Part shown: piece by piece, positions 1 to 11,499 of the stretch | Numbering within the stretch: position 1 is the stretch's first letter | Layout: each line of letters begins with the position of its first letter | Assembly: GCA_964016885.1 (NCBI GenBank) | Contig: OZ024742.1 | Coordinates: forward strand, 369,086,001-369,150,000 | DNA from: Eledone cirrhosa | Taxonomy: Eukaryota | Reading direction: 5' to 3' | Length of the DNA: 64,000 nt | Translations under genes and position numbers: made by a program | Notes under the pieces: generated by a model | Seen by the model: only the letters and a program-made list of their open reading frames with translations | Database searches by the model: none | What the model was told of the DNA's origin: nothing

Positions 1-19
1 ATACAAGCATATCTATCTA

Positions 20-57
<38 letters not shown>

Positions 58-228
58 AGCATATCTATCTATCTATCTATATATATATATACAAGCATAT
101 CTATCTATCTATATATATATATATATACAAGCATATCTATCTCTATATATATATACAAGCATATCTATCTATCTATCTATATACAAGCATAACAGTAATG
201 TAATGGTGACGTAACAGTAATGTAATGG

Positions 229-1783
229 TGACGTAACAGTAATGGTGTCGACGGCCTCGGAAATCGGGGCGATCGGCACCTTACTGGAGGAGTACGAAAG
301 GTTTACAGGGGCTAAGCTGAACCGGGACAACTCGATCGGTCTGCAACTCGGCACGTGGAGGGGCAGATCGATGCCCTCTGATGGTGTCATCGGGCGCTGG
401 ATGGAGGGCCCGGTGAAGTTGCTCGGGGTCTGGTTCGGACCAGACCTCCAGGTGGAGAAGAACTGGGGTGAGGTAACGAACAGGGTGTTTGCACTGACCC
501 AGAAGTGGGCCGAGTGCAAACTGTCCCTGAAAGGTCGGGCGGAGGTGGCGAACACTTATATAGCGTCCGTCATCTACTACCGCCTGACCGATGTGCCTTG
601 CCCAAGGGAAACGCTCTTTGGAAGAAGCGGGCTCCTATGGTGAGGAGATCCATCTGCTGTCAACACCCTTCGAAAGGAGGGCTGGGGATGCCGTGGCTAA
701 TGATACGTAAACACGCATTAAGGCTACGGCACCTCCAGGTATTCCTCACCGGTCAACCGTTTGTGAGGCGAGCCTTTCCCAGACTCGTCTCACTCACCGA
801 GCTGCAATCCTGGGTCAAGCAAAGACCGAGAAAACTGGGCACCTGGCACACCGAGTGTGCCCAGGCGCTCACGGCTCTCTGGCAGGCGGATCCGGCTGTC
901 AGTGGAGAATCTACCTCGTCATTCTATAGAGGGATGTTAAGCAGCAGGTGCGACGACGCCCTCGGAGAAGCCCTAGGCATGGAGGAAGACGAACTGGACA
1001 ACCTGTTCGGTAGGACATTCAGCCCGGGACCTATGAATAACTTCCAGAGGTCACTGGCCTGGCAGTGCTACCGAGAGGCTCTGCCCGTTCGAGAAAGGCT
1101 CTACAGACACGGGCGCCCGGGTAGGGACCCCTCGAAAGAGATCTGTCCCAGATGCGTGTGCGACGAGGAAACCGTTGCACATGCATTGGTACACTGCTCG
1201 GGCATTGCCGATCTGTGGGGCTATGTCGAACAACTGCTGTCAAGGGTGGGACCGATCCGGTTGACCACCGAGTCTATTGTAACGATCAAGCCGCCTTCCC
1301 TCTTCAAAAACGAAGGAGAGGCGGTGTTTCTGTGCGTAATAGCCATGGCGAAAGAGGTTGTATGGTGGACGCGTCTGAAAGGACTGAGGTCAGACACTTT
1401 TCTCTCTGGCCAACAACTGGTCCGTTTCTTCCGATATCATTTCGGAAGAAGGATCAGGGTGGAGAGATAGGTGCTGCACCCCAGCCGTTTTTATGAAAGA
1501 TGGGTGAAAGTGGCGAGAATGGCCCGTGTGAATGGGCCTTCACTCTACATCAGACTATAGGTGAGGAAGATGAAAGACCAAGGGAGCACCCCCTCTCTGT
1601 GCTCCTGAGGCGCCTCCTCCCTATTGAGGATTTTGTTATAAAATTTATTTTGTTATATTTTATTTTATTTTTATACTTTAATATCTTGTTATTGCCTCCT
1701 CCATATTGAGGACGCCTTTGCATGTAAACTCCCCCCTTTGTACTTGTCCCACTTTTGATGCCCCGGTGGCAAATAAAAAGAAA
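229..1783 (+). mobile_element. 5'-truncated Tx1/L1-clade LINE (ORF2 C-terminal part plus 3' UTR), disrupted
   Basis: ORFs 242-643 and 505-1470 give YERFTGAKLNRDNS, VKLLGVWFG, KGGLGMPW and the CCHC motif CPRCVCDEETVAHALVHC. It is closely similar to the 42703-43965 ORF, with a frameshifting deletion near 610 and an early TAG at 1468. The 3' end reads GTGGCAAATAAAAAGAAA. Confidence 0.92.
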
Positions 1784-1860
1784 GTTATCTATATACAAGC
1801 ATATCTATCTATCTACATACAAGCATATCTATCTATATATATATATATACAAGCATATCT

Positions 1861-3914
1861 CATCATCATCATCATCAACGTTTAACGTCCGTGTTCCACG
1901 CTTGCATGGGTTTGGACGGGGGTAGTCCCACTTGAGGCAAGAGTGATTGTCTTGCTCGCATAGGACTATCTGGCAGGTTTTCTACAGTTGGATGCCCTTC
2001 CTAACACCAACCACATTTACAGGGTGGGTCTGGGAGGTTTTTACCGTGTTGCCTACACGGCCACATTACAGCGTGGACTGTGTGTTTTTTTGTCGTGACA
2101 CCTACACGATCTCATTTGTTTCGGCCTGGATTGCGCGGCACCAACATAACTTTACATAGAACGGGGTGGTGTGGGGGTGGTGGTGGTGGGACGGGGTGTA
2201 TTTTGTTAGAGATGCCTACTGGCTGTAGTAGGTTTTACTATGTATTTAGGTAAGGCGGGTCTTCTCTGTTACTGAGTACCGCCAAAGGTCTCGGTCCAGT
2301 GACATTGTCTTGGTGAGGTGTAGGTGTGTGAGGTCGGAGTTTCTCAGCTCGTCCCAGGTTTTTCTAGGTCTGCCTATTCCGTGGCTACCGTCTATCTTTA
2401 TTGCCCTGCACTTTGTTATACAGCTATCGACTTTCATGCGCATCACGTGTCCATACCAACGTAGGCTTCTCTCGAGTAAACAACATCTGATCCCTCTTAT
2501 TTCTAATTTTTTCCTTAGTTCGTTTATGCTTTGCCGTTCACGTATATTACTATTACACATCCAGCAGAGCATGCAAGCTTCATTCCTCTCCAGTCTGCGT
2601 ATATCCTCTGCACACAATGCCCAGGTCTCACTGCCATGCAACATTGCTGTTCGTATGCAGGCATCGTACAACCTGCCTTTCATTTTTAGGGAGAACCCTT
2701 TAGCAGCTAATAGTGGTATAAGCTCTCTGAACGTTTTCCAACCAGTTCTGACTCTAGCTACTGTACTTTCAGAGCACCCTCCCCCACTGCTGATTTTATC
2801 GCCCAGGTAACGGAAGCTGTCCACTATTTCTATAGAACCCTCTGCGCAATTGAAAGAGCTAGTATTTTGTGGGCACTTGCTGCTACTTATTGCACCAGAG
2901 CACCGGCCACATGTAAAATCTATGTTCTTAGTTAGCTTACCTGTGATCCTACTACATCTTTTATGCACCCATACTTTGCATTTAGGACATAAAATGGAGT
3001 TTCTACCTACGCCTTTCCTACACACCGAGCACGACCATTTCCCGGAAGGGACCGCCGCCTTATTTTCTTTCCTACAAACTAGAACTTTAGTCTTAGCCAG
3101 GTTAATTTTAAGTCCTTTTGATTCTAGGCCGTGCTTCCATGTTTGGAATTTCTTCTCTAGCTCGGCCATTGATTCTGCTATGAGTGTCAGGTCGTCTGCG
3201 TATAGGAGTTCCCATGGGCAGCCGGTCTTGAACTCCTCTGTTATAGCCTGAAGGGCAATAATAAATAGTAGGGGGCTGAGAACAGAGCCCTGATGGACGC
3301 CAACTTTTACGCTAAACTCTTCACTATATTCGTTGTTAATTCTAACCTTGCTGACTGTTTCTTTATACATGGCTTGTATAGCCCTCACAAGCCATTCGTC
3401 AACGCCTAGTTTTCTAAGAGCCCACCAGATAATGGAGCGGGGGACTCTGTCGAAGGCTTTCTCCAAGTCGACAAAAGCTAAGTAGAGGGATTTATCTTTA
3501 GCTAGGTACTTTTCCTGTAGTTGTCGTACAATGAAAAGAGCGTCTGTGGTACTTTTGCCTGACACAAACCCGAACTGCATTTCATCTAGGTCAATTCTCT
3601 CTCTGATTAGTTGCGTTATTACTTTTTCCGTGACCTTCATGACCTGGTCGATTAACTTAATGCCTCTATAGTTACTCCTATCTAGGGCGTCTCCTTTACC
3701 CTTATAACAGTTAACGATGATGCTGCTATGCCAGTCCTTCGGAACAACCCCATTCTGTACGACTTGGTTAACTATGCGGGTGACCATGGTGTGTCCCACC
3801 GTGCCAGATGCCTTCAGCATCTCAGCAACTATTTCCGAAGGCCCAGCCGCCTTACCCGTCTTCATATCCTTGATTGCCTTACTTATTATACTCCCCTCGA
3901 CTAACACTGCTGGT
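1861..3914 (-). mobile_element. 5'-truncated RTE-clade LINE with PHD-finger insertion in RT, copy 1
   Basis: ORF 2246-~3912 has GKAAGP, NYRGIKL, QFGF, FVDLEKAFDRV, GVHQGSVLSPLLF, LYADD, FRYLG, WYGHVMR and GRPRKTW. A (GAT)n tail lies at 1861-1876. Confidence 0.95.
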
Positions 3915-3979
3915 CTATATATATATATATATATATACAAGCATATCTATCTCTATATATATATATACAAGCATATCTA

Positions 3980-4011
<32 letters not shown>

Positions 4012-4156
4012 AGCATATCTATCTATATATATATATATACAAGCATATCTATCTATATATATATATACATATACAAGCATATCTATCTATATATATTTCT
4101 TTTCTGAATTTGTTTAGCAAGATTCTTTATCTGAAAACGTGTGTTGAAACCGATAT

Positions 4157-4566
4157 TGTTATACTTTGGGAGGGTCATGTTGCCAATAAGAAACACACGC
4201 ACCAGTTGCTTTCACTTCAATTTAGTATAATAAATTTACAAATTTAGGAATTTATAAATTTCCGGTTGGTTGGTTGGTTCCACAACCAGATGATTGATAG
4301 AACACACACACAAAAACAAGATGGCGTAGGACAGAACACAGGAGAGGCACAAAAACAAAGAAAAGAATCCCCAGTCACTGATGAGGTCGCTGAATGTGTG
4401 ACAAAAGAACTTTGACAATATATAAACAATCATCTGGTTGTGGAACCAACCAACCAACTGGAAATTTATAAATTCCTAAATTTATAAATTTATTATAATA
4501 AATTAAAGTGAAAGCAACTGGTGCGTGTGTTTCTTATTGGCAACATGACCCTCCCAAAGTATAACA
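4157..4566. mobile_element. Non-autonomous TIR element, ~140-bp inverted arms, TGT...ACA termini, flanked by ATAT
   Basis: 4157-~4296 (TGTTATACTTTGGGAGGGTCATGTTGCC...CACAACCAGATGATTG) is the near-perfect reverse complement of ~4427-4566. Confidence 0.8.
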
Positions 4567-4569
4567 ATA

Positions 4570-4609
<40 letters not shown>

Positions 4610-4633
4610 CATATCTATCTATATATATATATA

Positions 4634-4880
4634 TGCTCTCTTCAACATCACACCAGGACACGTCAAAACAGAAACTGACCACACAAAATTCAAGAAGTCT
4701 TTGGACAAATTCCTCCAAGTAATCCCGGACAAACCACCCACACCCGGATATGTCTCCGCAAACAGTAATTCTCTTCTCGAATGAGCCATGGTGCCCAAAT
4801 CCTGAATTGAAAGACTTCGCCAGGTGGTGCTATTAAGTTAGACATGGCCTGGGCCAATACTGGCAAAAACATTTCAAAGT
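4634..4880 (+). mobile_element. 3' fragment of a CR1-like LINE
   Basis: Translates LFNITPGHVKTETDHTKFKKSLDKFLQVIPDKPPTPGYVSANSNSLLE, matching the invertebrate CR1 ORF2 C-terminal pattern FK..LDKFL..IPD.P...SNSL, followed by a short 3' UTR. Confidence 0.75.
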
Positions 4881-5071
4881 TATATATATATATATATATA
4901 TATACAAGCATATCTATATATATATATACAAGCATATCTATCTATATATATATATATATATATACAAGCATATCTATATATATATATATATACAAGCATA
5001 TATATCTCTATATATATATACAAGCATATCTATCTCTATATATATACAAGCATATCTATATATATATATAT

Positions 5072-7057
5072 ATCATCATCATCATCATCATCATCTTCGT
5101 TTAACGTCCATTAGAATGGGTTGGACTGGAGTTGTCCCACTTGAGGCAAGGTTGGTCGGCTGACCATGTCTCGCTCATATAGGACTATCTGGCAGGTTTT
5201 CTACGGCTGGATGCCCTTCCTAACACCAACCACATTTACAGTGTGGAACTGGGAACTTTTTACCGTGTTACCTACATGGCCACATTACAGTGTGGACTGT
5301 GTTTTTTTTCTCGTGACACCTACACGATCTCGATCTCATCTCATTATCTCTTATTTGGACTGGATGTTGTGGTACCAACTTTACAGAGAGACGGTGGTGT
5401 TGGTGAGAGGATAGGGTAGGGGTAGTGGATTGGGGTGTATATTTGGTTAAGAGGTGCCTACTGACTGTAGGTTTCGGTTTGTACATAAGCAAGGCGGGTC
5501 TTCTGTATTACTGCGTAGTGCCAAAGATCTCGGTTCAGTGACATTGTCTTAGAGAGGTGCAAGTGTGTAAGGTCGGAATTTATCAGATCGTCCCAGGTCT
5601 ACCTACTCCGTAACTACCATCAATTTTGATCGCCCTGCACTTTTTTATACAGCTGTCGTCTTTCATGCGCATCACGTGGCCATACCAACGTAGTCTTCTC
5701 TCAAGTAAACAGCATCTGATCCCTCTTATTCCTAATTTCTCACATAGTTCATTTATGCCTTGCTGTTCACGTATATTACTATTACACATCCAACGGAGCA
5801 TGCATGCTTCGTTCCTTTCCTGTCTACACAGGTCCTCTGCCCACAAAGCCCATGTCTCACTGACATGTAGCATTGCTGTTCGTATACAAGCATCATACAA
5901 TCTGCCTTTCATTTTTAGAGAGAAACCTTTTGTGGCCAACAGCGGTATAAGCTCTCTGAACTTTTTCCATCCCGTTCTGACTCTGGCTACTGTACTTTCA
6001 GAACACCCTCGACCACTGCTGATTTCATCACCCAGGTAACGGAAACTGTCTACTATTTCTATAGAACCATCTGGGCAATAGAAGGAGCTAGTATCCTGTA
6101 GACACCTGCTACTTATTGCACCTGAGCATCGGCCACATATAAAGTCTACGTTCTTAGATAGTTTACCTGTGATCCCACTACATCTTTTATGTACCCATAC
6201 TTTGCATTTGGGACGTAAAATTGAATTTCTGCCTACTCCTTTCCTACACACTGAGCATGGCCATTTCCCAGATGGGACCGGTGCCTTCTTTTCCTTTCTA
6301 CAAACTAGAACTTTAGTCTTAGACAAGTTAACTTTAAGGCCTTTTGATTCTAGGCCATGCTTCCATGTTTGGAATTTCTTTTCTAGTTCAGCCATTGATT
6401 CAGCTATGAGCGTTAGATCATCTGCGTATAGGAGTTCCCATGAGCAGCCGGTCTTGAACTCCTCTGTTATAGCCTGAAGGGCAATAATAAATAGGAGGGG
6501 GCTAAGGACAGACCCTTGGTGAACACCAACTTTTACACTAAATTCTTCACAATATTCCTTGTTAATTCTAATCTTACTGACAGTTTCCACAAGCCATTCA
6601 TCTACACCTAGTTTTCTAAGAGCCCACAAGATAATGGAGCGAGGGACTCTGTCAAAGGCTTTTTCCAGGTCTACAAAAGCTAAGTAGAGGGGTTTACTTT
6701 TAGCTAGGTACTTCTCTTGTAGTTGTCGTACAAGGAAAAGAGCGTCTGTTGTACTTTTACCTGACACAAACCCAAACTGCATTTCATCTAGATCAATTCG
6801 CTCTCTGATTAGTTGCGTTATAACTCTTTCTGTGACCTTCATGACCTGGTCAACTAACTTAATGCCTCTATAGTTTCCTCTATCTAGAACATCTCCTTTA
6901 CCCTTGTAGCAGTTAATGATGATGCTGCTACGCCAGTCTTTTGGTATGACCCCATACTGTATTACTTATCATTACGGACACACTTCTCCCCGACAATATC
7001 ACGGTTTTCCTTGACACATTGTCTAGCAATCCTGAACACCTCGCGTTTTTGGTCCTC
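5072..7057 (-). mobile_element. RTE-clade LINE with PHD insertion, copy 2 (truncated, internally deleted)
   Basis: ORF 5583-6842 carries the RT motifs and PHD, with a (GAT)n tail at 5072-5095. 6970-7057 reads EDQKREVFRIARQCVKENRDIVGEKCVRND on the minus strand, an upstream RTE segment joined across a deletion. Confidence 0.93.
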
Positions 7058-7198
7058 ATATATACAGGCATATCTATCTCTCTATATATACAAGCATATC
7101 TATCTCTCTCTATATATATATACAAGCATATCTATCTCTCTCTATATATATACAAGCATATCTATCTCTCTCTCTATATATATATATATACAAGCATA

Positions 7199-7230
<32 letters not shown>

Positions 7231-7281
7231 CAAGCATATCTATCTCTCTCTCTATATACAAGCATATCTATCTCTCTCTAT

Positions 7282-7460
7282 ATGGTGGCTGCCAACTCGT
7301 TTTCGAGTACGGCCACTACTTTATATCCATGTAGGAGAACCCCTACCGATGCGCTGAACGAATGTGACTTTTTAGTCCAGCCAGCGACTTGAAAACTCTG
7401 GTACAAACACTACAGTTGTGACAATTATTGACACATAGTGCAGGGCCCATGGTACCATGT
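7282..7460 (-). mobile_element. 3' end of a second RTE-like LINE family ending in a C2H2 finger
   Basis: Minus strand translates NCSVCTRVFKSLAGLKSHIRSAHR* (C-x2-C-x12-H-x4-H), followed by a ~60-nt 3' UTR that runs into the TA repeat. Confidence 0.65.
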
Positions 7461-7489
7461 GATGACAAGTGCAGAGAGATCTCCAGATA

Positions 7490-7905
7490 TAAAGCAATGC
7501 CTGTGCTGTGAAGCTTTTATAGTGAGCAAAGGCACTGCACAAAGCCAGTCCCACTCTCTTAACCAAGATGATATTTACCAAAAAGAAGAACAGGTCAACA
7601 TCATTGGATACCATCAGGGTTGCAGGTGTTATATCAGAGTTTTCCTTCTCCTAGAATTCTGCCTTGACAAAGGCTAAGGGGTCATCTCTCCCGGTGATTT
7701 TGGATGGCTTAATTTTGGATTGATTTGGATGTCTTAAGAGCTCCCTTGCCCTTTGACAGGTTTTGTTTTTAGTCCTGCAGGATGTCCAAAGTCACCCTCC
7801 TCACCAAGAAACCTTGGTGAGGTTGCCAGTTTAGTCGCCAACGACCCGACCATGAGACAGGTTGTACTGGGATACATGTTACCAGTAGCACCAACTGGTG
7901 ACCTG
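7490..7905 (-). repeat. Dispersed repeat resembling an RTE 5'-UTR region, hairpin-rich
   Basis: Minus strand has AGCCTTTGTCAAGGCAGAATTCTAGGAGAAGGAAAACTCTGA. A diverged second copy at ~59360-59550 shares CCCACTCTCT...CCAAAAAGAAGAACAGGTCAACAT. Confidence 0.5.
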
Positions 7906-7982
7906 ATATATATATACAAGCATATCTATCTATATCTATATATAGCGTGGAATATGGACGTTAAATGATGATTAAACGATGA

Positions 7983-8017
<35 letters not shown>

Positions 8018-8273
8018 AGCATATCTATCTCTATATATATACAAGCATATCTATCTCTATATATATACATGCATATCTATCTATATATATATACAAGCAT
8101 ATCTATCTATATATATATACAAGCATATCTATCTATATATATATACAAGCATATCTATCTATATATATATACAAGCATATCTATCTATATATATATACAA
8201 GCATATCTATCTATATATATATATATATACAAGCATATCTTTATATATATATATATATACACACAAGCATATC

Positions 8274-8313
<40 letters not shown>

Positions 8314-8445
8314 CACAAGCATATCTATCTCTCTATATATATATACAAGCATATCTATCTCTCTCTATATATATATACAAGCATATCTATCTATCTATAT
8401 ATATATATACAAACATATCTATCTATCTATATATATATACAAGCA

Positions 8446-8643
8446 CTTTTTTCGGGGGTGTGTGCGACCCCCCAAGGCGCCTCCTCTCTATTGAGGATTT
8501 TGTTAAAAATTTTATTTTTTGTTATATCTTATTTTATTTTTATATTTTGTTATTGCCTCCTCCTTATTGAGGACGCCTTTTTGTGTAAACTCCCCCCTTT
8601 GTACTTGTCCCACTTTTGATGCCCTAGTGGCAAATAAAAGAAA
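8446..8643 (+). mobile_element. Tx1-clade LINE 3' UTR-only insertion
   Basis: Near-identical to 1608-1783 and homologous to the 3' UTR of the minus-strand copies. Confidence 0.88.
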
Positions 8644-8777
8644 TATATATATATATACAAGCATATCTATCTATCTATATATATATACAAGCATATCTAT
8701 CTATATATATATATACATATCTGTTAGTATATATATTAATTATATTAATCACTTTTTAGCATATATATATATATCAT

Positions 8778-8900
8778 GTGAAAGCGTGTGGCTGAGTGGT
8801 TAGAGAATTGGATTCGCAATCAAGAGGTTGTAAGTTCGATTCCCAGACCAGGCGATGCGTTATGTCCTTGAGCAAGACACTTTATTTCATGTTGCTCCTT
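8778..8900 (+). mobile_element. tRNA-derived SINE head with CORE-like segment
   Basis: A-box TGGCTGAGTGG, B-box GTTCGATTCC, then TGTCCTTGAGCAAGACACTTTA. Confidence 0.75.
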
Positions 8901-9554
8901 CTACCTGGAGTTGCGACCGATATATAGTATTAGCAACTGGAAAGACCAATGGAAACATTGATGAAAGTCGATCGACTGACAATATATATCATCCTCCTCA
9001 GCATTTAACTTCCATTTTTCCACACTAGCATGGGTTAGACAAGTTGTCTAGATGTGCGACAAGTCAGAGCAGATGACTGTCCCCAGCTCACACTGGACAG
9101 ATTTAGGCTTGGTTTCTACAGTTGGATCCCCTTCCACATTTACAGTGTATAATATATATATATTAGAAAAGGGAAGCTTCTATACAAAACTGGGTATAGA
9201 GAAAAGGTGAAGTTGGAAATAGTACAGAAAATATATTTATGGGTCTGTTTTTCTTTTTTTATCCTTTCTTTGACTCGTCAAAGTGACATTATTGGAAAAA
9301 TGAGAAGGACAATTCTTTTTAAAAAAAGTTTTAAAAAGTATATAAAGTATTATTGGTTTCGATGTATTATTAAAATTCATCTTATCAAATGTTGAGTATT
9401 GAAATAAAAAATTATAAAGAATTAATAGGAGTTAAAAACTAAAAATTAAAGATTTAAAATTAAAATCAAATGTTGGAGTAAGTTCTTTTGTATTGGACTC
9501 AAAAATTGAGCACTGTTTTCCTTGGTCTTTCATCAACAGATTTCTACCAAAATA

Positions 9555-9977
9555 AGAGGGGGACTTCAAAAAGTTTATGGACAAAGTAGATAGCTAAAAG
9601 TCATATGCAGGGATTTTGATCTCAATGCACCTGTATGTTCTCGTGCTAACAAGCCATAACATGTTCTAACATGAACCCTTAAATGCATGTTGTAATGCTC
9701 TGGAGCAAGTTTATGGGGACAATGCCCCAAAGAAATCAACAACACAAATGGACGTCGTTTTAGAAGTGGATGAGATGAGGTTGAAGATGATCCCCAGTTG
9801 AAGATGTAGAAAAAGATGCTTTGACATGGTTTAAATCGCATGGCCCTCAGTTTTACACAGATGGACTTAAAGGCTGGTATCAACGTTTATAGAAGTGTAT
9901 TGACCTAGATGAAGCATATGTTGAAAAATAATCATAATTTAAACAGTTTTTTTCACAAACTTTTTGAAGGCCCCTCG
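9555..9977 (+). mobile_element. Internally deleted mariner-family DNA transposon
   Basis: TIRs AGAGGGGGACTTCAAAAAGTTT / AAACTTTTTGAAGGCCCCTCG with TA at the left end. Transposase remnants include the C-terminal WYQRL*KCIDLDEAYVEK* at ~9875-9931. Confidence 0.75.
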
Positions 9978-9979
9978 TG

Positions 9980-10024
<45 letters not shown>

Positions 10025-10039
10025 AGAGAGAGAGAGAGG

Positions 10040-10249
10040 TAGAACACTGGAAGAATGGGTATGCATGTAAAGACGCTGCTTGAATCTATTGGCTGTTAAC
10101 CCTATGTAGGCCCTACGGGACGTGGGTGTTTCAACCTTACATTTGTAGACAATGTTACTTGAGAGGCATTTCCCGGATAGAGGGCAGTCAACCCGATTCC
10201 TACAATTACAGTTAGTACTAGCTACAGGGTTGCACGTGTTCCTGAAGTG
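10040..10249 (-). mobile_element. Penelope-like element fragment (GIY-YIG endonuclease)
   Basis: CNCRNRVDCPLSGKCLSSNIVYKCKVETPTSRRAYIGLTANRFKQRLYMH: a Cys-rich linker followed by IVY...YIG...FKQR..H. Confidence 0.85.
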
Positions 10250-10276
10250 TGTATACATTTTTCGGGACACCCTGTA
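10250..10276 (-). mobile_element. Isolated Tc1/mariner-type terminal inverted repeat
   Basis: Minus strand reads TA-CAGGGTGTCCCGAAAAATGTATAC. No partner end was seen. Confidence 0.45.
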
Positions 10277-10674
10277 TATATATGATTGGTATATTTATAT
10301 CAACAGGTTGGAAGAATATGCACATCCACTGGGGATATGTTGCTAAAATTCATGTATCGTACAACATCGAAATGATATGGAATAGTATTAGTAAAAATAT
10401 TTATATTGTGTGTGTGTGTGCACAGGACAAAGACAACAGAAAAATGGACAGTCCCATCTTCTCAGTCAACCCCTGGAAATCACTACAGTTTCAGTGCATT
10501 AAGGTTGATACCATTGATTCCAGGTAGAGACAAACACAGGAAAGGTTTTATTTACATTTTGGTGATTTACACAAAGATAAAAAAAAAAGAAGGGAAAACA
10601 AATTTAAAATTTCAAACTAAAACACGACAGGATTCAGAATTATTGCTTTCCCTGCTTTCACACTTAGAATATAC

Positions 10675-11400
10675 ACCACAACCACAACTACAACCATAAC
10701 CACAATTACAACCACAACTACAATTACAACCACAACTACAATTACAACCACAACTACAATTACAACCACAACCACAATTACAACCACAATTACAACCACA
10801 ACCACAACTACAATTACAACCACAAACACAATTACAACCACAACTACAACCACAACTACAATTACAACCACAACCACAATTACAACCACAACCACAATTA
10901 CAACCACAACTACAACTACAACCACAACTACAATTACAACCACAACCACAATTACAACCACAACTACAATTACAACCACAACTACAATTACAACCACAAC
11001 TACAATTACAACCACAACTACAATTACAACCACAACTACAATTACAACCACAACTACAATTACAACCACAACTACAATTACAACCACAACTACAACCACA
11101 ACTACAACTACAATTACAACCACAACCACAACTACAACCACAACTACAATTACAACCACAACTACAATTACAACCACAACTACAATTACAACCACAACTA
11201 CAACCACAACTACAATTACAACCACAACCACAATTACAACCACAACTACAACCACAACCACAATTACAACCACAATTACAACCACAATTACAACCACAAC
11301 TACAACCACAACTACAACCAGAACCACAACCACACCTACAACCACAACCACAATTACAACCACAACCACAACTACAACCACAACCAGAACCACAACCACA
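10675..11400. repeat. Hexamer microsatellite (ACAACC/ACAACT/ACAATT)n
   Basis: Read directly from the sequence. Confidence 0.95.
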
Positions 11401-11499
11401 ATATGCCATACAATATACATCTGTCAGACTGTGAGAAGCTTTTCACTGACAAAAAGAAAAAAAATGAATAAAAGCCGAGTTCATGAAATTGGACTCTCC

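Larger units (their letters stand above)
1..8720. repeat. Interrupted minisatellite array, unit (TA)n-CAAGCA-TATCTATC(TC/TA)n
   Basis: The core TATACAAGCATATCTATC recurs at 1-190, 1786-1860, 3915-4095, 4571-4633, 4881-5071, 7058-7281, 7906-7942, 7987-8445 and 8644-8720, separated by TE fragments. Confidence 0.9.

Noticed and set aside
2310-3251. Antisense ORFs over the RTE copies
   Set aside because: Shadow frames of the RT coding sequence. They recur only because the copies are homologous.
8778-8855. Possible tRNA gene
   Set aside because: The A and B boxes continue into a SINE body, and there is no clean acceptor stem.
8958-8985. TGATGA-AAGTCGATCGACT-GAC hammerhead-like string
   Set aside because: It lacks the initial C and the GAAA core, so it is too degenerate to call.
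10612-11420. Cys-rich metallothionein/keratin-like ORF and poly-Val ORF
   Set aside because: Artefacts of the hexamer microsatellite.
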